Shown here: piece by piece, positions 20,972 through 29,954 of the stretch
Position numbering within the stretch: the first letter of the stretch is position 1
Layout: every line of letters begins with the position of its first letter
Assembly (NCBI GenBank): GCA_044344255.1
Contig: JBIJDH010000012.1
Location: 32,001-96,000 of the forward strand
Length of the DNA: 64,000 bases
Direction: 5' to 3'
Source: Myxococcota bacterium
Lineage (GTDB): Bacteria > Myxococcota_A > UBA796 > UBA2385
Notes under the pieces: generated by a model
What the model was told of the DNA's origin: nothing
The model's input: the letters and a program-made list of their open reading frames with translations, nothing else
Databases searched by the model: none
Position numbers and translations under genes: made by a program

Positions 20972-23900
20972 TTCACCTTCTCGTACTTCGGGAGATCACC
21001 GGCCTCAATCCGCTTCCACGCCCGCTCAAACAGGGCCCCGAAGGGCTCGAGGGGCACGATCTGACCGAGGGGCGGCGCCTCCGCGGCCTCATAGAGCGGG
21101 AGCTTCCACTCTTCGAGGGGCAAGGAGCCCCCCTTCCGCTCCCGCCAGCCGCCGGGGAGGAAGTGGTCGCGCCCGGCGCGGGCCCGCTTGGCCTCGACCA
21201 CCAGCTTCTTCTCCACGAGCGCCGCCATGCTGCTCGTATAGAGGGCCGCCTTCCAGCCGTTCCAGCTCAGCACGTTGGCGCGGGTGGGGTTGGAGAGGCA
21301 GAGGAGCTGGAGGTAGAGCGTGGCCGCCTCCTCGGTCAGGCCGAGCCGCTTCGCCGCCGCATGCACGACGGCCGGGGCGCTGCGCCGAGGGTCCTGCTCC
21401 CAGACCCCGTCCGGCAGCAGCCCCGGGGCGCAGCGAGCGGCCAGGGCGGCGATGCCGGGGCGGCGGAAGAGCTGGATCCGCGCGTGGTTCGCCGCGCCCT
21501 CCCAGTTGTCTTCGAGGCGGACGATCTTCTCGACCTCGCGGAGCGTGTCGTCGGCCACGCTGGCCACCCGCACGTGCACCTTGACGTCATCGTGCTCGAG
21601 GACCGCGATCAGACCGCGCTCCTCGCGGGCCTCGGGCGCCTCGACGGCCTCGGAATCGGGGTCCTCCGGGCGAGGAGGGAGCGCCAAGGGTGCGCCCCCC
21701 TGCCGCTTGAACCAGGCCTTGAGCGCCTTCCCCGAGCCGCTGCAGACCGTGAAGAGCAGCGACGGGCTCTGCATCCGGGCGCGGAGGGCGCTGAAGAGCT
21801 GGACCACGTTGGCGCGCAGCGGGTCTCCGGTGGGGGTGTTGGCGTAGACCCAGGTCATCACCCCGAGCGCCTCGCCCAGGGCCGCCTCGTCGAACCAGAC
21901 GCCCCGCTCCTCCCCCTCGGGGACGTCGGCGCCAACGATGTCGCCGTTGTGATCCAGGCGCAAGCGACCATCCGCCTGCCAGCGCGCCTCGCCGCCCAGG
22001 CCCGCGAGGCCGATGAGGGCGGCGGGGCCGTCATCGCCCGGAAAGTCGACGCGCACGGCCTTCAAGAGGGCGTCGTCCACGGGGATGCGCTTGCCGAAGA
22101 CGGCCGCCCAGGCCTCACCGAGGCGGCGGCCGAGCCGAGGGCCGTCAACGAGGGCCTCCCGGGGCAGGCCGTGGAGCCCGCGGTGGTAGGCCAGGGCCCG
22201 CTGATCGAGGTCGGTGCCGCCGAGGGTGTCTCGGGCGAGCTTGGCCTCGGCGAGCTTGAGGCCGGCCACGTCGCGGGCCGCCTTTCCGAGGGGGTCGCGC
22301 TCGTAGCTGCGCAGCTTCTTGAGGCCGAGCCAGATCGCGATCGCCTCGACCCTCCCCACCCCCGTCTCTTCGGAGAGGGCGGCGTAGGCGGTCTCATCGA
22401 CCGGCAGGCTCCGCTCGGTGTAGCCCTCCAGCAGCCCCTCGAGCCAGGCCCCGTCGACCGCGAAGGCCGAGCCGGGCTGCTCGGAGAGGACCCGCGCCTC
22501 CGGAGGCAGCACCAAAGGCTCGGCGCCCACCTGGAAGCACTCGACGACGACCTTACCCGCGTCCTCGTCGTCCTCGGCCCCCCAAAACAGGAAGCGACCG
22601 GAGGGCAGGGCGGCGGCCCAGGCCTCGACGAGGTAACGGTCTCCCCAGCGGGTCTCCCAGCGGAGGAGCTCGGCGCCGCGCGGGAGCTCCAGCTTCAAGC
22701 GGCGCAGGCCCGCGGCATCGGTGAAGCGGCTGCGGGCGAGGGCGCCGAGCACCCGGGCCACATGGGCGCGCTCGGCCTCGGTCGTGCCGGCGGCGAGGCC
22801 CGCGAAGGCCAGCGCCCCCTCCCGGCCGAGCCAGCCTTGCCAGGGGAGCTCGCAGCTCGGCACGGCCACCTCCTCTCCGGCGAAGAAGCGGGTCGCGGCG
22901 TCGAGGGTGGCCACCACGCTGCCCGAGATGTTCCAGCCCTGGTAGAAGCCGGAGAGGACGTCGCGCAGGCCGCTGTCCTCCTCGGAGGCCTCGCCCTTGC
23001 CGGCCACCACTGCACCCTCGAGGCGCTCGGCGCGGAGCTCTCGGAGCTGTCGGCAGAGGTCCGCCGCGTAGAGGACGATAGCGGCGACCCCGCGGGCGAG
23101 GGCGTCGGTGGGGATGCCCAGCTCGGCCTTCACGACGGGCACCAGCGCCAGGCGGTGCTCCTCGGTCTCCTCCGCCTTGCCATCGGCCGCCGCGAGCAGC
23201 GCCCGCACCGCGTCGATCCCGAGCGCGCGGAGGGCCGCGCTGCCAGCGAGGTCCCGCGGGCGGAGGTGGTGCCAGAGCGGGAAGGGAGGCGGGCGGCGGG
23301 TGCCGAAGCGGAAGCGGTCGTTGTCGTCGTCGATGACGGCGAGCTGCTGACCCTCGACGTCCATCCAGCCCTGGTCGCGCCAGCCGGGCTCGAACAGCAC
23401 CACCGGCCGCTCGGCGCCGGGGAAGCGGAGGAGCCCGATGGGATCGGTGTCGAGCACCACAGCGCGACCGTCGAGGTGGATCCCCACCCGCGTCTGGTCT
23501 TCATCCGGGTTGACGGAGACAAACGCCCCAGGGGCGTGCCTCTCGATCCAGGCGCGGGCCTCGTCCCCCTTCAAGGCGTCGAGGTTGAAGACGACGAAGC
23601 CGTACTGGCCTCCCACCCCGCCGAGCGGCGAACCCTCACCGCCGAGGGGCAGGTACTCGCTGTCGGAGAGGTCGGGATCGACGCCGTCTCGGGGCGCGAG
23701 GAAGGCGGGGTGGTCCTTGCCGCGGAGCTTGCCCGTCTCGGGATCGACGGCGGCGAGCGCCCCCTCGTCGTCGGTCTTCCAGACCCCCTCCCCGTCGGCG
23801 AAGAAGTCACCCTTCTCGACGTGGGTGTCGCCCACCCGCAGGCGACGGCCGCCCGAGAGGACGCCGCCGCCGCGGGCGGGCGGCGTGGAGAGCTGCTCGG

Positions 23901-25797
23901 AGTATCCCTTGTCGAAGTCGAGCTTGAGCTCCTCCTTCGGCCGCCCGGACCAATAGCCGAGGATCTGGCTCCAGTCGTCGGAGTGTCGATAGGCGACGAG
24001 GAGCTGACCGTCCACGAAGCGGAGGCCGTGCAGGCGGCCCCCCTTCTTGATCTTCAGGTCGTGGGCGAAGAGGCGGCCCTCGGCGCCGACGACGATGGCG
24101 CGCCGCTCGTCGTGGACCACCGCCCACGGTGCGAGGCAGGTGACCTCGAGGTCGCTGTTCCCCGTGCCCTCGAGCTCGACCACCGCCTCGTCGAAGGCGG
24201 GCCAGCAGAGCTCATCGAAGACGCCGCTGCGGAGCGTGCGGAGCAGGTTGGGCGCGAGGTCGACGGCGGCGAGGTGGGCCGCCGCGTCGGGGAACTCCTC
24301 GAGGGCGGCGACGGTGGCCGCCGCGCGCAGGGTCTCGAGCGCGGCCTCGCAGGCGGGGAGCCCGGAGTCCACGAGCTCGTCGATGGTCTCGAGCAGGTGC
24401 GCGTGTCGGGCCTCTCGGAAGGCGGACTTTCCAGGCGCGACCCGCTGGAAGTCGGCGTCGGTGAGCTCGTTGCGGACCGACTGGGTGAGGAGCGGGCCGA
24501 GCAGGGGGTGAGCGGCGAGCGAGACAGGGTCCCGGTGGCCCGCAGGCCCGTTCACGTCTTCGTCATTCGCCCAGGTGTCGAGGGAGAAGGTGGCGGTGTC
24601 GTCGGGATCGGCGAAGGCGAGGGCGACCCCGCGGCGACAGAGCTCATCGAAGGCGTCGACGGAGCGCACCCGCCAGACATCGGCGCCCATCACCAGGACG
24701 GGCGCGCCCTCCGCCACGAGGCGGTCCGACAGCTCGATGACCAGCTCGAGCAGCAGCTTCGGCGTGTCATCCCAGGCGATGAGGGCCCGCTTCATCCAGG
24801 CCGCCGCGCCGCCTTCGACGCCCTCGCGGGCGAGCCGGCCCACGAAGCCCCACTGCCGCAGCCAGCCGAGCCAGGTGGCAGCGTCGTCGTCGTCGAATTC
24901 GGGGAAGAGCCGGAGGAGCGTGTCGGCGACCCCCGGGGCCTCGCGGAGGCGCTGCACGGTCGCGGCCGCCTCCTTCCAGTAGCCGATGGGCGCCTTCTTG
25001 AGCGCGGGGGCCTGCAGCACCGAAAGGAAGAAGCTCGACTCCTCGGCGAGCGGGTCCTGGCCGGCGGCGCGCGCCAGGTCCCGGAGGTCCTTGTGGAGCG
25101 AGGCCCACGGGGAGAGGCCGCCGAGGGTGCGCTTCTGCACGAGCTCTCGGAAGCGGGCGTAGGCCTCGGCCGGCCCCTTCGACTTCTTGAGCTCCGCCGG
25201 CCAGCTCTGGAGGGTCTTGACGTTGAGCGCGCCGGCGAGGGCGAACTCGAGGAAGGCGTCGGCCTTGTCTTGCTCGTCGACGGCGAGGCCGTGCTGCCGC
25301 TCGGCGCCGCGGGCCTTCTCGAAGGCCGAGGCCGCCATCGCCTGGGCGCCGCCGTCGATGAAGGCGCGGCCCGCCTCCTCCCAGTAGGAGGGCAAGAAGT
25401 GCGGGGCCTTACGGCCGAGGTCTTCGGCGATCGCCTGGAAGGCGTCCCGGGCGTGGCCGGGCTTGCTCGCGACCTTCTTCTTCGCCGCGGCGAAGGTCTT
25501 CATCACGTCGAGGGCGAAGCGCGCGTTCTCCGGATCGTGCACGAGGGCCCAGCCGGGGAAGCCGAGGTTGCGGTGCCGCTGCCGGGCGATGTCATCGGCC
25601 TTGCCGGTGAGGCGAAAGCCCCCGAGGCCGAGCGCGGTGACCGAGCCGCGGGCGACCGCGTCGGGCACGAGCTTGACGAGGGTGCGGCCGGGGATCGCCG
25701 GGTGCGAGAATGCGAGGGCGTCCACCGTGTCGGTGGCCTCCACCGCGTGCTGAGGGGGGATCATCCCGCCGGCGGCGACGACGACTTCGGGGCGCAT
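20968..25797 (-). CDS. 1609-aa uncharacterised protein of DUF4132/YehL-associated clusters
   Basis: Host-like codon usage; N-terminal HPAIPGRTLVKLVP...LGFPGWALVHDP, C-terminal LYLQLL..NGW..VEAKRARAGR..FLPGGW..PLEEWK; GGAG RBS; stop overlaps the ATPase start. Confidence 0.8.
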   Translation of the reverse strand: MRPEVVVAAGGMIPPQHAVEATDTVDALAFSHPAIPGRTLVKLVPDAVARGSVTALGLGGFRLTGKADDIARQRHRNLGFPGWALVHDPENARFALDVMKTFAAAKKKVASKPGHARDAFQAIAEDLGRKAPHFLPSYWEEAGRAFIDGGAQAMAASAFEKARGAERQHGLAVDEQDKADAFLEFALAGALNVKTLQSWPAELKKSKGPAEAYARFRELVQKRTLGGLSPWASLHKDLRDLARAAGQDPLAEESSFFLSVLQAPALKKAPIGYWKEAAATVQRLREAPGVADTLLRLFPEFDDDDAATWLGWLRQWGFVGRLAREGVEGGAAAWMKRALIAWDDTPKLLLELVIELSDRLVAEGAPVLVMGADVWRVRSVDAFDELCRRGVALAFADPDDTATFSLDTWANDEDVNGPAGHRDPVSLAAHPLLGPLLTQSVRNELTDADFQRVAPGKSAFREARHAHLLETIDELVDSGLPACEAALETLRAAATVAALEEFPDAAAHLAAVDLAPNLLRTLRSGVFDELCWPAFDEAVVELEGTGNSDLEVTCLAPWAVVHDERRAIVVGAEGRLFAHDLKIKKGGRLHGLRFVDGQLLVAYRHSDDWSQILGYWSGRPKEELKLDFDKGYSEQLSTPPARGGGVLSGGRRLRVGDTHVEKGDFFADGEGVWKTDDEGALAAVDPETGKLRGKDHPAFLAPRDGVDPDLSDSEYLPLGGEGSPLGGVGGQYGFVVFNLDALKGDEARAWIERHAPGAFVSVNPDEDQTRVGIHLDGRAVVLDTDPIGLLRFPGAERPVVLFEPGWRDQGWMDVEGQQLAVIDDDNDRFRFGTRRPPPFPLWHHLRPRDLAGSAALRALGIDAVRALLAAADGKAEETEEHRLALVPVVKAELGIPTDALARGVAAIVLYAADLCRQLRELRAERLEGAVVAGKGEASEEDSGLRDVLSGFYQGWNISGSVVATLDAATRFFAGEEVAVPSCELPWQGWLGREGALAFAGLAAGTTEAERAHVARVLGALARSRFTDAAGLRRLKLELPRGAELLRWETRWGDRYLVEAWAAALPSGRFLFWGAEDDEDAGKVVVECFQVGAEPLVLPPEARVLSEQPGSAFAVDGAWLEGLLEGYTERSLPVDETAYAALSEETGVGRVEAIAIWLGLKKLRSYERDPLGKAARDVAGLKLAEAKLARDTLGGTDLDQRALAYHRGLHGLPREALVDGPRLGRRLGEAWAAVFGKRIPVDDALLKAVRVDFPGDDGPAALIGLAGLGGEARWQADGRLRLDHNGDIVGADVPEGEERGVWFDEAALGEALGVMTWVYANTPTGDPLRANVVQLFSALRARMQSPSLLFTVCSGSGKALKAWFKRQGGAPLALPPRPEDPDSEAVEAPEAREERGLIAVLEHDDVKVHVRVASVADDTLREVEKIVRLEDNWEGAANHARIQLFRRPGIAALAARCAPGLLPDGVWEQDPRRSAPAVVHAAAKRLGLTEEAATLYLQLLCLSNPTRANVLSWNGWKAALYTSSMAALVEKKLVVEAKRARAGRDHFLPGGWRERKGGSLPLEEWKLPLYEAAEAPPLGQIVPLEPFGALFERAWKRIEAGDLPKYEKVK

Positions 25798-25810
25798 GGG
25801 ACACTCCAGG

Positions 25811-25836
25811 GGCAGGCAGGCAGGCAGGCAGGCAGG
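25811..25836. repeat. (GGCA)6 simple sequence repeat in the intergenic spacer
   Basis: ggcaggcaggcaggcaggcaggcagg read directly. Confidence 0.9.
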
Positions 25837-25885
25837 TCAGGGCAAGAGCGGGGCGGGGCGGGCGGGATCCGAGGGAGGACCGGCC

Positions 25886-27091
25886 TCAGGCGTTCTCGTC
25901 GTCCTGCTTCTCTTCCACCGTGCGCTTCTTGTAGATCGAGGCGGCCATCCGCATCCCTTCGGACCAGGCCACCGGGCCCACCGCCTTCATCGGCAGGCAG
26001 CGCCCCTCGGCGTCCACCCAGCAGAGGCCGCCGGTGGTGGTCTCGTACATCGGATCGCCCTCGCCGAGCTCATAGCGGGCCTCGACGCTACGCTCTCCCT
26101 CGAAGATGGTGGTGGACGCCGAGCCCCCGCGCACCCGATAGCCGCCGCGGCGGGCCTCCCCCATCGCCGAGGCGAGGAGCGGGAACTCACCGCCGGACCA
26201 CTGGTTGTTCCAGGTCTCGTCGGCCTTGCCGTCCCCGGTGTCGGCGGGCTTCGTGAAGGTCTCGCGAAAGAGCTGGGAGAGCCCCTGCTGGAGGCCGACC
26301 TCGGCGAGCAAGGAGCGCCAGTCATCGAGCTCTTGGAGGAGGATCGGGTGGGGGACCCAAACCTCCTCGGCCTGCAGCCAGACGGTCTCCCCGTCGAGCG
26401 TGACGACGCCGAGGCCCCGCTCGGCGTCGACGCCGCGGAAGATCCCGCCCCCGTCGGTGCCGTCCACGAGGATCACCGCGTTCTCGAGCACCGCGCGCCA
26501 GTCGGGATCGGGCCAGACCGCGGCGAGCACGGCGCGGGGCACCGGCAGCGAGCGCAACATCCAGAGCTCCACCTGCTGCCGGCACTCGACGGCGTGGGCC
26601 TCGAGGATCTCGAGCGCCTCCTGGAGCTGGAGGAAGGCCTCGGACTCCTTCACCTCCTTCGGCACGCTGGCGAGCTCCTTGCCCTTGGCGTTGCGAGCGA
26701 CGATCTTGGCGTCTCGCACGGTGAGCATGTAGCCCTTGCCGGCGTCCAACCAGCCGTCGGAGGGCGGCGCCTCCGCCACCTCGATCGGCGCCGCGACCGG
26801 CGCGGGACGAGCCGCGCGCGCGGCGGGCGCGGCGGGCGCGGCGGGCGCGGCGGGCGCGGCGGGCGCGACGGCTGCGGTGGCTGCGGCGCCGACCTCGGCG
26901 TAGCCCTTCTTGGTCTTCTCCTTCACGAGCTTGTCGTGCTCGGCCAGGGCCTTCGACTCGCTGTCGTAGGCCTTGACCTGGGACTGGCCCTCCGTCCCGA
27001 TTCGCCCGTATCGGACGGTGAAGGAGAGGCCGGCGAGGGTGATCTCCCAGAACTTGCTGGAGGTGCCTTCTACGAGCTCATAGCGGGGCAT
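25886..27091 (-). CDS. WGR-domain plus DUF4132-domain protein
   Basis: MPRYELVEGTSSKFWEI...YGRIGTEGQ...KTKKGY (WGR); Pro/Ala linker; WMLRSLPVP, HPILL..LDDWR..QQGLSQLFRE (DUF4132); start trimmed to ATG 27091. Confidence 0.82.
   Translation of the reverse strand: MPRYELVEGTSSKFWEITLAGLSFTVRYGRIGTEGQSQVKAYDSESKALAEHDKLVKEKTKKGYAEVGAAATAAVAPAAPAAPAAPAAPAARAARPAPVAAPIEVAEAPPSDGWLDAGKGYMLTVRDAKIVARNAKGKELASVPKEVKESEAFLQLQEALEILEAHAVECRQQVELWMLRSLPVPRAVLAAVWPDPDWRAVLENAVILVDGTDGGGIFRGVDAERGLGVVTLDGETVWLQAEEVWVPHPILLQELDDWRSLLAEVGLQQGLSQLFRETFTKPADTGDGKADETWNNQWSGGEFPLLASAMGEARRGGYRVRGGSASTTIFEGERSVEARYELGEGDPMYETTTGGLCWVDAEGRCLPMKAVGPVAWSEGMRMAASIYKKRTVEEKQDDENA
26821..26865. repeat. 9-bp coding tandem repeat x5 (PAA linker)
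   Basis: (cggcgggcg)5. Confidence 0.85.
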
Positions 27092-27214
27092 GCGGATCCT
27101 CAGAGCGCAGGGCTCTCGGTGCGCGGGGCCTTCGGTGCGCGGGGCCAAATCAGCCGTCGAGATATCCTGTGGGATCGGCGAGGGGCGGGCAAATATCGTC
27201 CGACCCTACCCTCG

Positions 27215-27775
27215 TCACCCGCCGGGCCCTCCTCCCGCGAGGCGCGCCGGGTGAGCGGCGATCCGCGCCTCCTGCGAGAGGGTCTCGATGGCGCGCGGGC
27301 CGCGGACGAGGCGGACCGCGGCGATCGCCGCCTCGGGGCTGAGGCCTCGCCCACGGAGCACGCAGGCGGCGATCATCCCGGCTCGCCCGAGGCCCCCCGC
27401 GCAGTGCAGGAGCACCGTCTCGCCGCGGGCGAGGGCCGCCTCCGCCACCGCGACCGCCCGCTCCACCGCCCCAGCTCCGCCGGCGCTGCCGTCGCGGAGG
27501 GGGACGTGGTGCAGGGTGAGGCCGCGCCGGGCGTAGGCCTCAAAGAGCCCGGGGACCCCGTAGACGCCGAGCTCGAAGGCCTCGACGAGGCAGATGACGG
27601 TGGCGACGCGGGCCGCGACCAGCTCCTCGACGTCGGCCTCGAGCTCCCGCCCCCGATCCCGTCGCCCCGGGAGCAGCGTGAGGCCGAGCCGCCCCGGGGC
27701 GGTGAGCTCGGCGGGCAGCAGGTCGACCCGAAGGGGATCGGGACGGGCCGCGGAGGGCAGGGTCCCGATCGTCAA
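27215..27775 (-). CDS. Dual-specificity / CDKN3-like protein phosphatase
   Basis: HCAGGLGRAG (CX5R), PLRDG loop, VRGPRAIET..Q. Confidence 0.85.
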   Translation of the reverse strand: MTIGTLPSAARPDPLRVDLLPAELTAPGRLGLTLLPGRRDRGRELEADVEELVAARVATVICLVEAFELGVYGVPGLFEAYARRGLTLHHVPLRDGSAGGAGAVERAVAVAEAALARGETVLLHCAGGLGRAGMIAACVLRGRGLSPEAAIAAVRLVRGPRAIETLSQEARIAAHPARLAGGGPGG

Positions 27776-28521
27776 CCGAGGAACCGCTCGAGGCTGGTGG
27801 CCAGCGCGACCGGCACCTCGAACATCGGGTAATGACCGGCGTTGGCGAGCACCTCCACCGTCGCATGCGGACAGGTGGCCCGGGTGGTGGCCTCGATGAG
27901 CGAGGCCGGCACCGCGGGGTCATGCTCGCCCAGGATGACGTGGAGGGGCGCCCGGATGCGCGCCGCATCTTCGGCGAAGTTGGTGCGGCCCCACGCCTGC
28001 AGGCAGCCCGCGAAGGCCTCCTCGGTGGAGTTCTCCAGAGAGGACTCGAGGAGCTGACGGATGAAGAAGGGGGACAGCCGCTTGCCGGTGGTGAGGTCGA
28101 GGATGGCGCGCCGGGCCTCCGGCTGGGTGGCGGCCGAGGAGAAGAAGGCCCAGCCCGCCTCGTCGAAGGGGTAGCCAGAGGCGGGCACCCCGTTGACGCA
28201 GGCCACCCTTGAGACCCGCTCTGGCGCCAGCGTGGCGACCCGCTGCGCGAACATGCCCCCCATCGAGTGCCCGAGCACAGCGAAGTGCGACCACCCGAGG
28301 GCGTCGGCGACGGAGAGGGCGTCATGCGCGATCTCGTCGGCGGTCCAGGTTCCTCGCGCGTCCTTGTTACGACCGTAGCCCCGGATGTCGACGAAGGCGT
28401 AGGTGAAGCGCTCCGGATCGATGGAGTCGACCAGCGGACCCCACGCGCCCGCGTGGCCGAACCATCCGTGGATGGCGAGCACGGGGTTGGGACCTTCGCC
28501 GAAGATGCGTGCGCCGTTCAT
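27772..28521 (-). CDS. Alpha/beta hydrolase
   Basis: IHGWFG, GHSMGG, GEHD, AGHYPMFE. Confidence 0.88.
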   Translation of the reverse strand: MNGARIFGEGPNPVLAIHGWFGHAGAWGPLVDSIDPERFTYAFVDIRGYGRNKDARGTWTADEIAHDALSVADALGWSHFAVLGHSMGGMFAQRVATLAPERVSRVACVNGVPASGYPFDEAGWAFFSSAATQPEARRAILDLTTGKRLSPFFIRQLLESSLENSTEEAFAGCLQAWGRTNFAEDAARIRAPLHVILGEHDPAVPASLIEATTRATCPHATVEVLANAGHYPMFEVPVALATSLERFLG

Positions 28522-28679
28522 GAGACCTCCGAGGGCTGGCCACGATACTTCGTCCGGTGAAGGGTGCCCAGACCCGCGGCCCAGCCGAGGTCGCGCCGAT
28601 CACCGGCTCCCCCTGATTTGGCTGCAATTGATCTGCGCCATCGGCTATCATCGGCTGCCCGGCCGTCTTGGAGGTCCGC

Positions 28680-29954
28680 ATGTTCCTGGCCCTGTTCGTC
28701 GCGTGTGCCGCCTTGGTGGCCACGATCGACTCGCCTCGCCCCCCCAGCGAGGGCCAGCCCGCAGGAGAACCCACGGGCGAAGGCGCCCTCGGCGGCGCCG
28801 CCTTCGCCTCCCCCACCGGGAGCCCGATGTGGCGGGTGGACTGCGCGGGCGGGGCCGACTTCACCACCATCGGCGAGGCCATCGAGGCCGCCGACGACGG
28901 CGACTGGATCTCGGTCGAGCCCTGCACCTACGCAGAGTCGATCGACTTCGGCGGCAAGACCCTCTGGATCGCCTCGACCGCCGGATCGGGCAGCACGATC
29001 CTCGACGCCGGGGGCCACCGGGCCATCACCGCCGACAAGGGCACCGGCGACGGCACCGCGGTGGTGGGCTTCACCATCCGCGACGCCCACGACACCTCCA
29101 TCGCCGCGGTCTACACCGACCTCAGCGCCCTGCGGCTCGAAGACATCACCTTCGAGGACTCTTCAGGGGCCTACGCCGTCATCTACTCGGGCTCGAGCGA
29201 CCTCGAGCTCCAAGACGTCACCCTCGGGGACTCCAACGACGTCGGCTACTACGGCATGATCTTCTCCAGCCGCGGCGCCCTGATCGCCGACGCCCTCACC
29301 GTCGACTGCAAGGGCCGCGGCACGGCCGTCTACACAGGGCACGGCTCGTACTTCATCGACCACAGCACGCTCACCTGCGGCGGCGGCACCTCGATCCAGA
29401 ATGAACACTCCACCGGACGTGTGCACCGGTCCGTCTTCACCAACGCGGTGACCGTGGTCTCCGAGGATGACCACTACACCGACGCCGTCCTCTTCGAGAA
29501 CGTCTACTTCTCGGGCACCATCAGCGTCACCTACGGCGCCATCGTGCTGCAGAACAGCTTGCTCGACGGGGCGACGCTGAACCTCAACCAGGTGTACGGG
29601 ACGTACATCCGTTCGAGCGTCATCCAGCACAGCCGCTGCCCGATCACGAGCACCTTCACCCCCGTGATCGACACCGCGGAGCCCGCGCCAGACCCCATCG
29701 AGGAGGTCGTGTACTCCGACTTCTATGACCTGAACAGTGAGCACTGTGACGGCATCACGACGTACTCTGGGGAGAACGGCAACATCGCCGTCGATCCCAA
29801 ATTCACGGACGAGGCGGGCGGCGACTTCACGCTCAAGTCGAGCTCGCCGCTGATCGACGCCGGCCAGCCCGACGCCGTCTACAACGATCCCGACGGGAGC
29901 CTGAACGACATCGGGCTCTACGGCGGCCCCCGCAGCATGGGAGGTGGCTGGTGA
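28680..29954 (+). CDS. Secreted beta-helix (pectin-lyase-like) protein
   Basis: GGAGG RBS before ATG 28680; DFTTIGEAI cap, TILDAGG; C-terminal DFTLKSSSPLIDAG...DGSLNDIGLYGGP. Confidence 0.7.
   Translation: MFLALFVACAALVATIDSPRPPSEGQPAGEPTGEGALGGAAFASPTGSPMWRVDCAGGADFTTIGEAIEAADDGDWISVEPCTYAESIDFGGKTLWIASTAGSGSTILDAGGHRAITADKGTGDGTAVVGFTIRDAHDTSIAAVYTDLSALRLEDITFEDSSGAYAVIYSGSSDLELQDVTLGDSNDVGYYGMIFSSRGALIADALTVDCKGRGTAVYTGHGSYFIDHSTLTCGGGTSIQNEHSTGRVHRSVFTNAVTVVSEDDHYTDAVLFENVYFSGTISVTYGAIVLQNSLLDGATLNLNQVYGTYIRSSVIQHSRCPITSTFTPVIDTAEPAPDPIEEVVYSDFYDLNSEHCDGITTYSGENGNIAVDPKFTDEAGGDFTLKSSSPLIDAGQPDAVYNDPDGSLNDIGLYGGPRSMGGGW

Noticed and set aside
20953..26256. 1767-aa plus-strand ORF and other long antisense ORFs (1292..3127, 25796..27832, 46568..48391, 58584..60095)
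   Set aside because: Shadow frames opposite motif-bearing genes; expected from high GC3, with no recognisable domains
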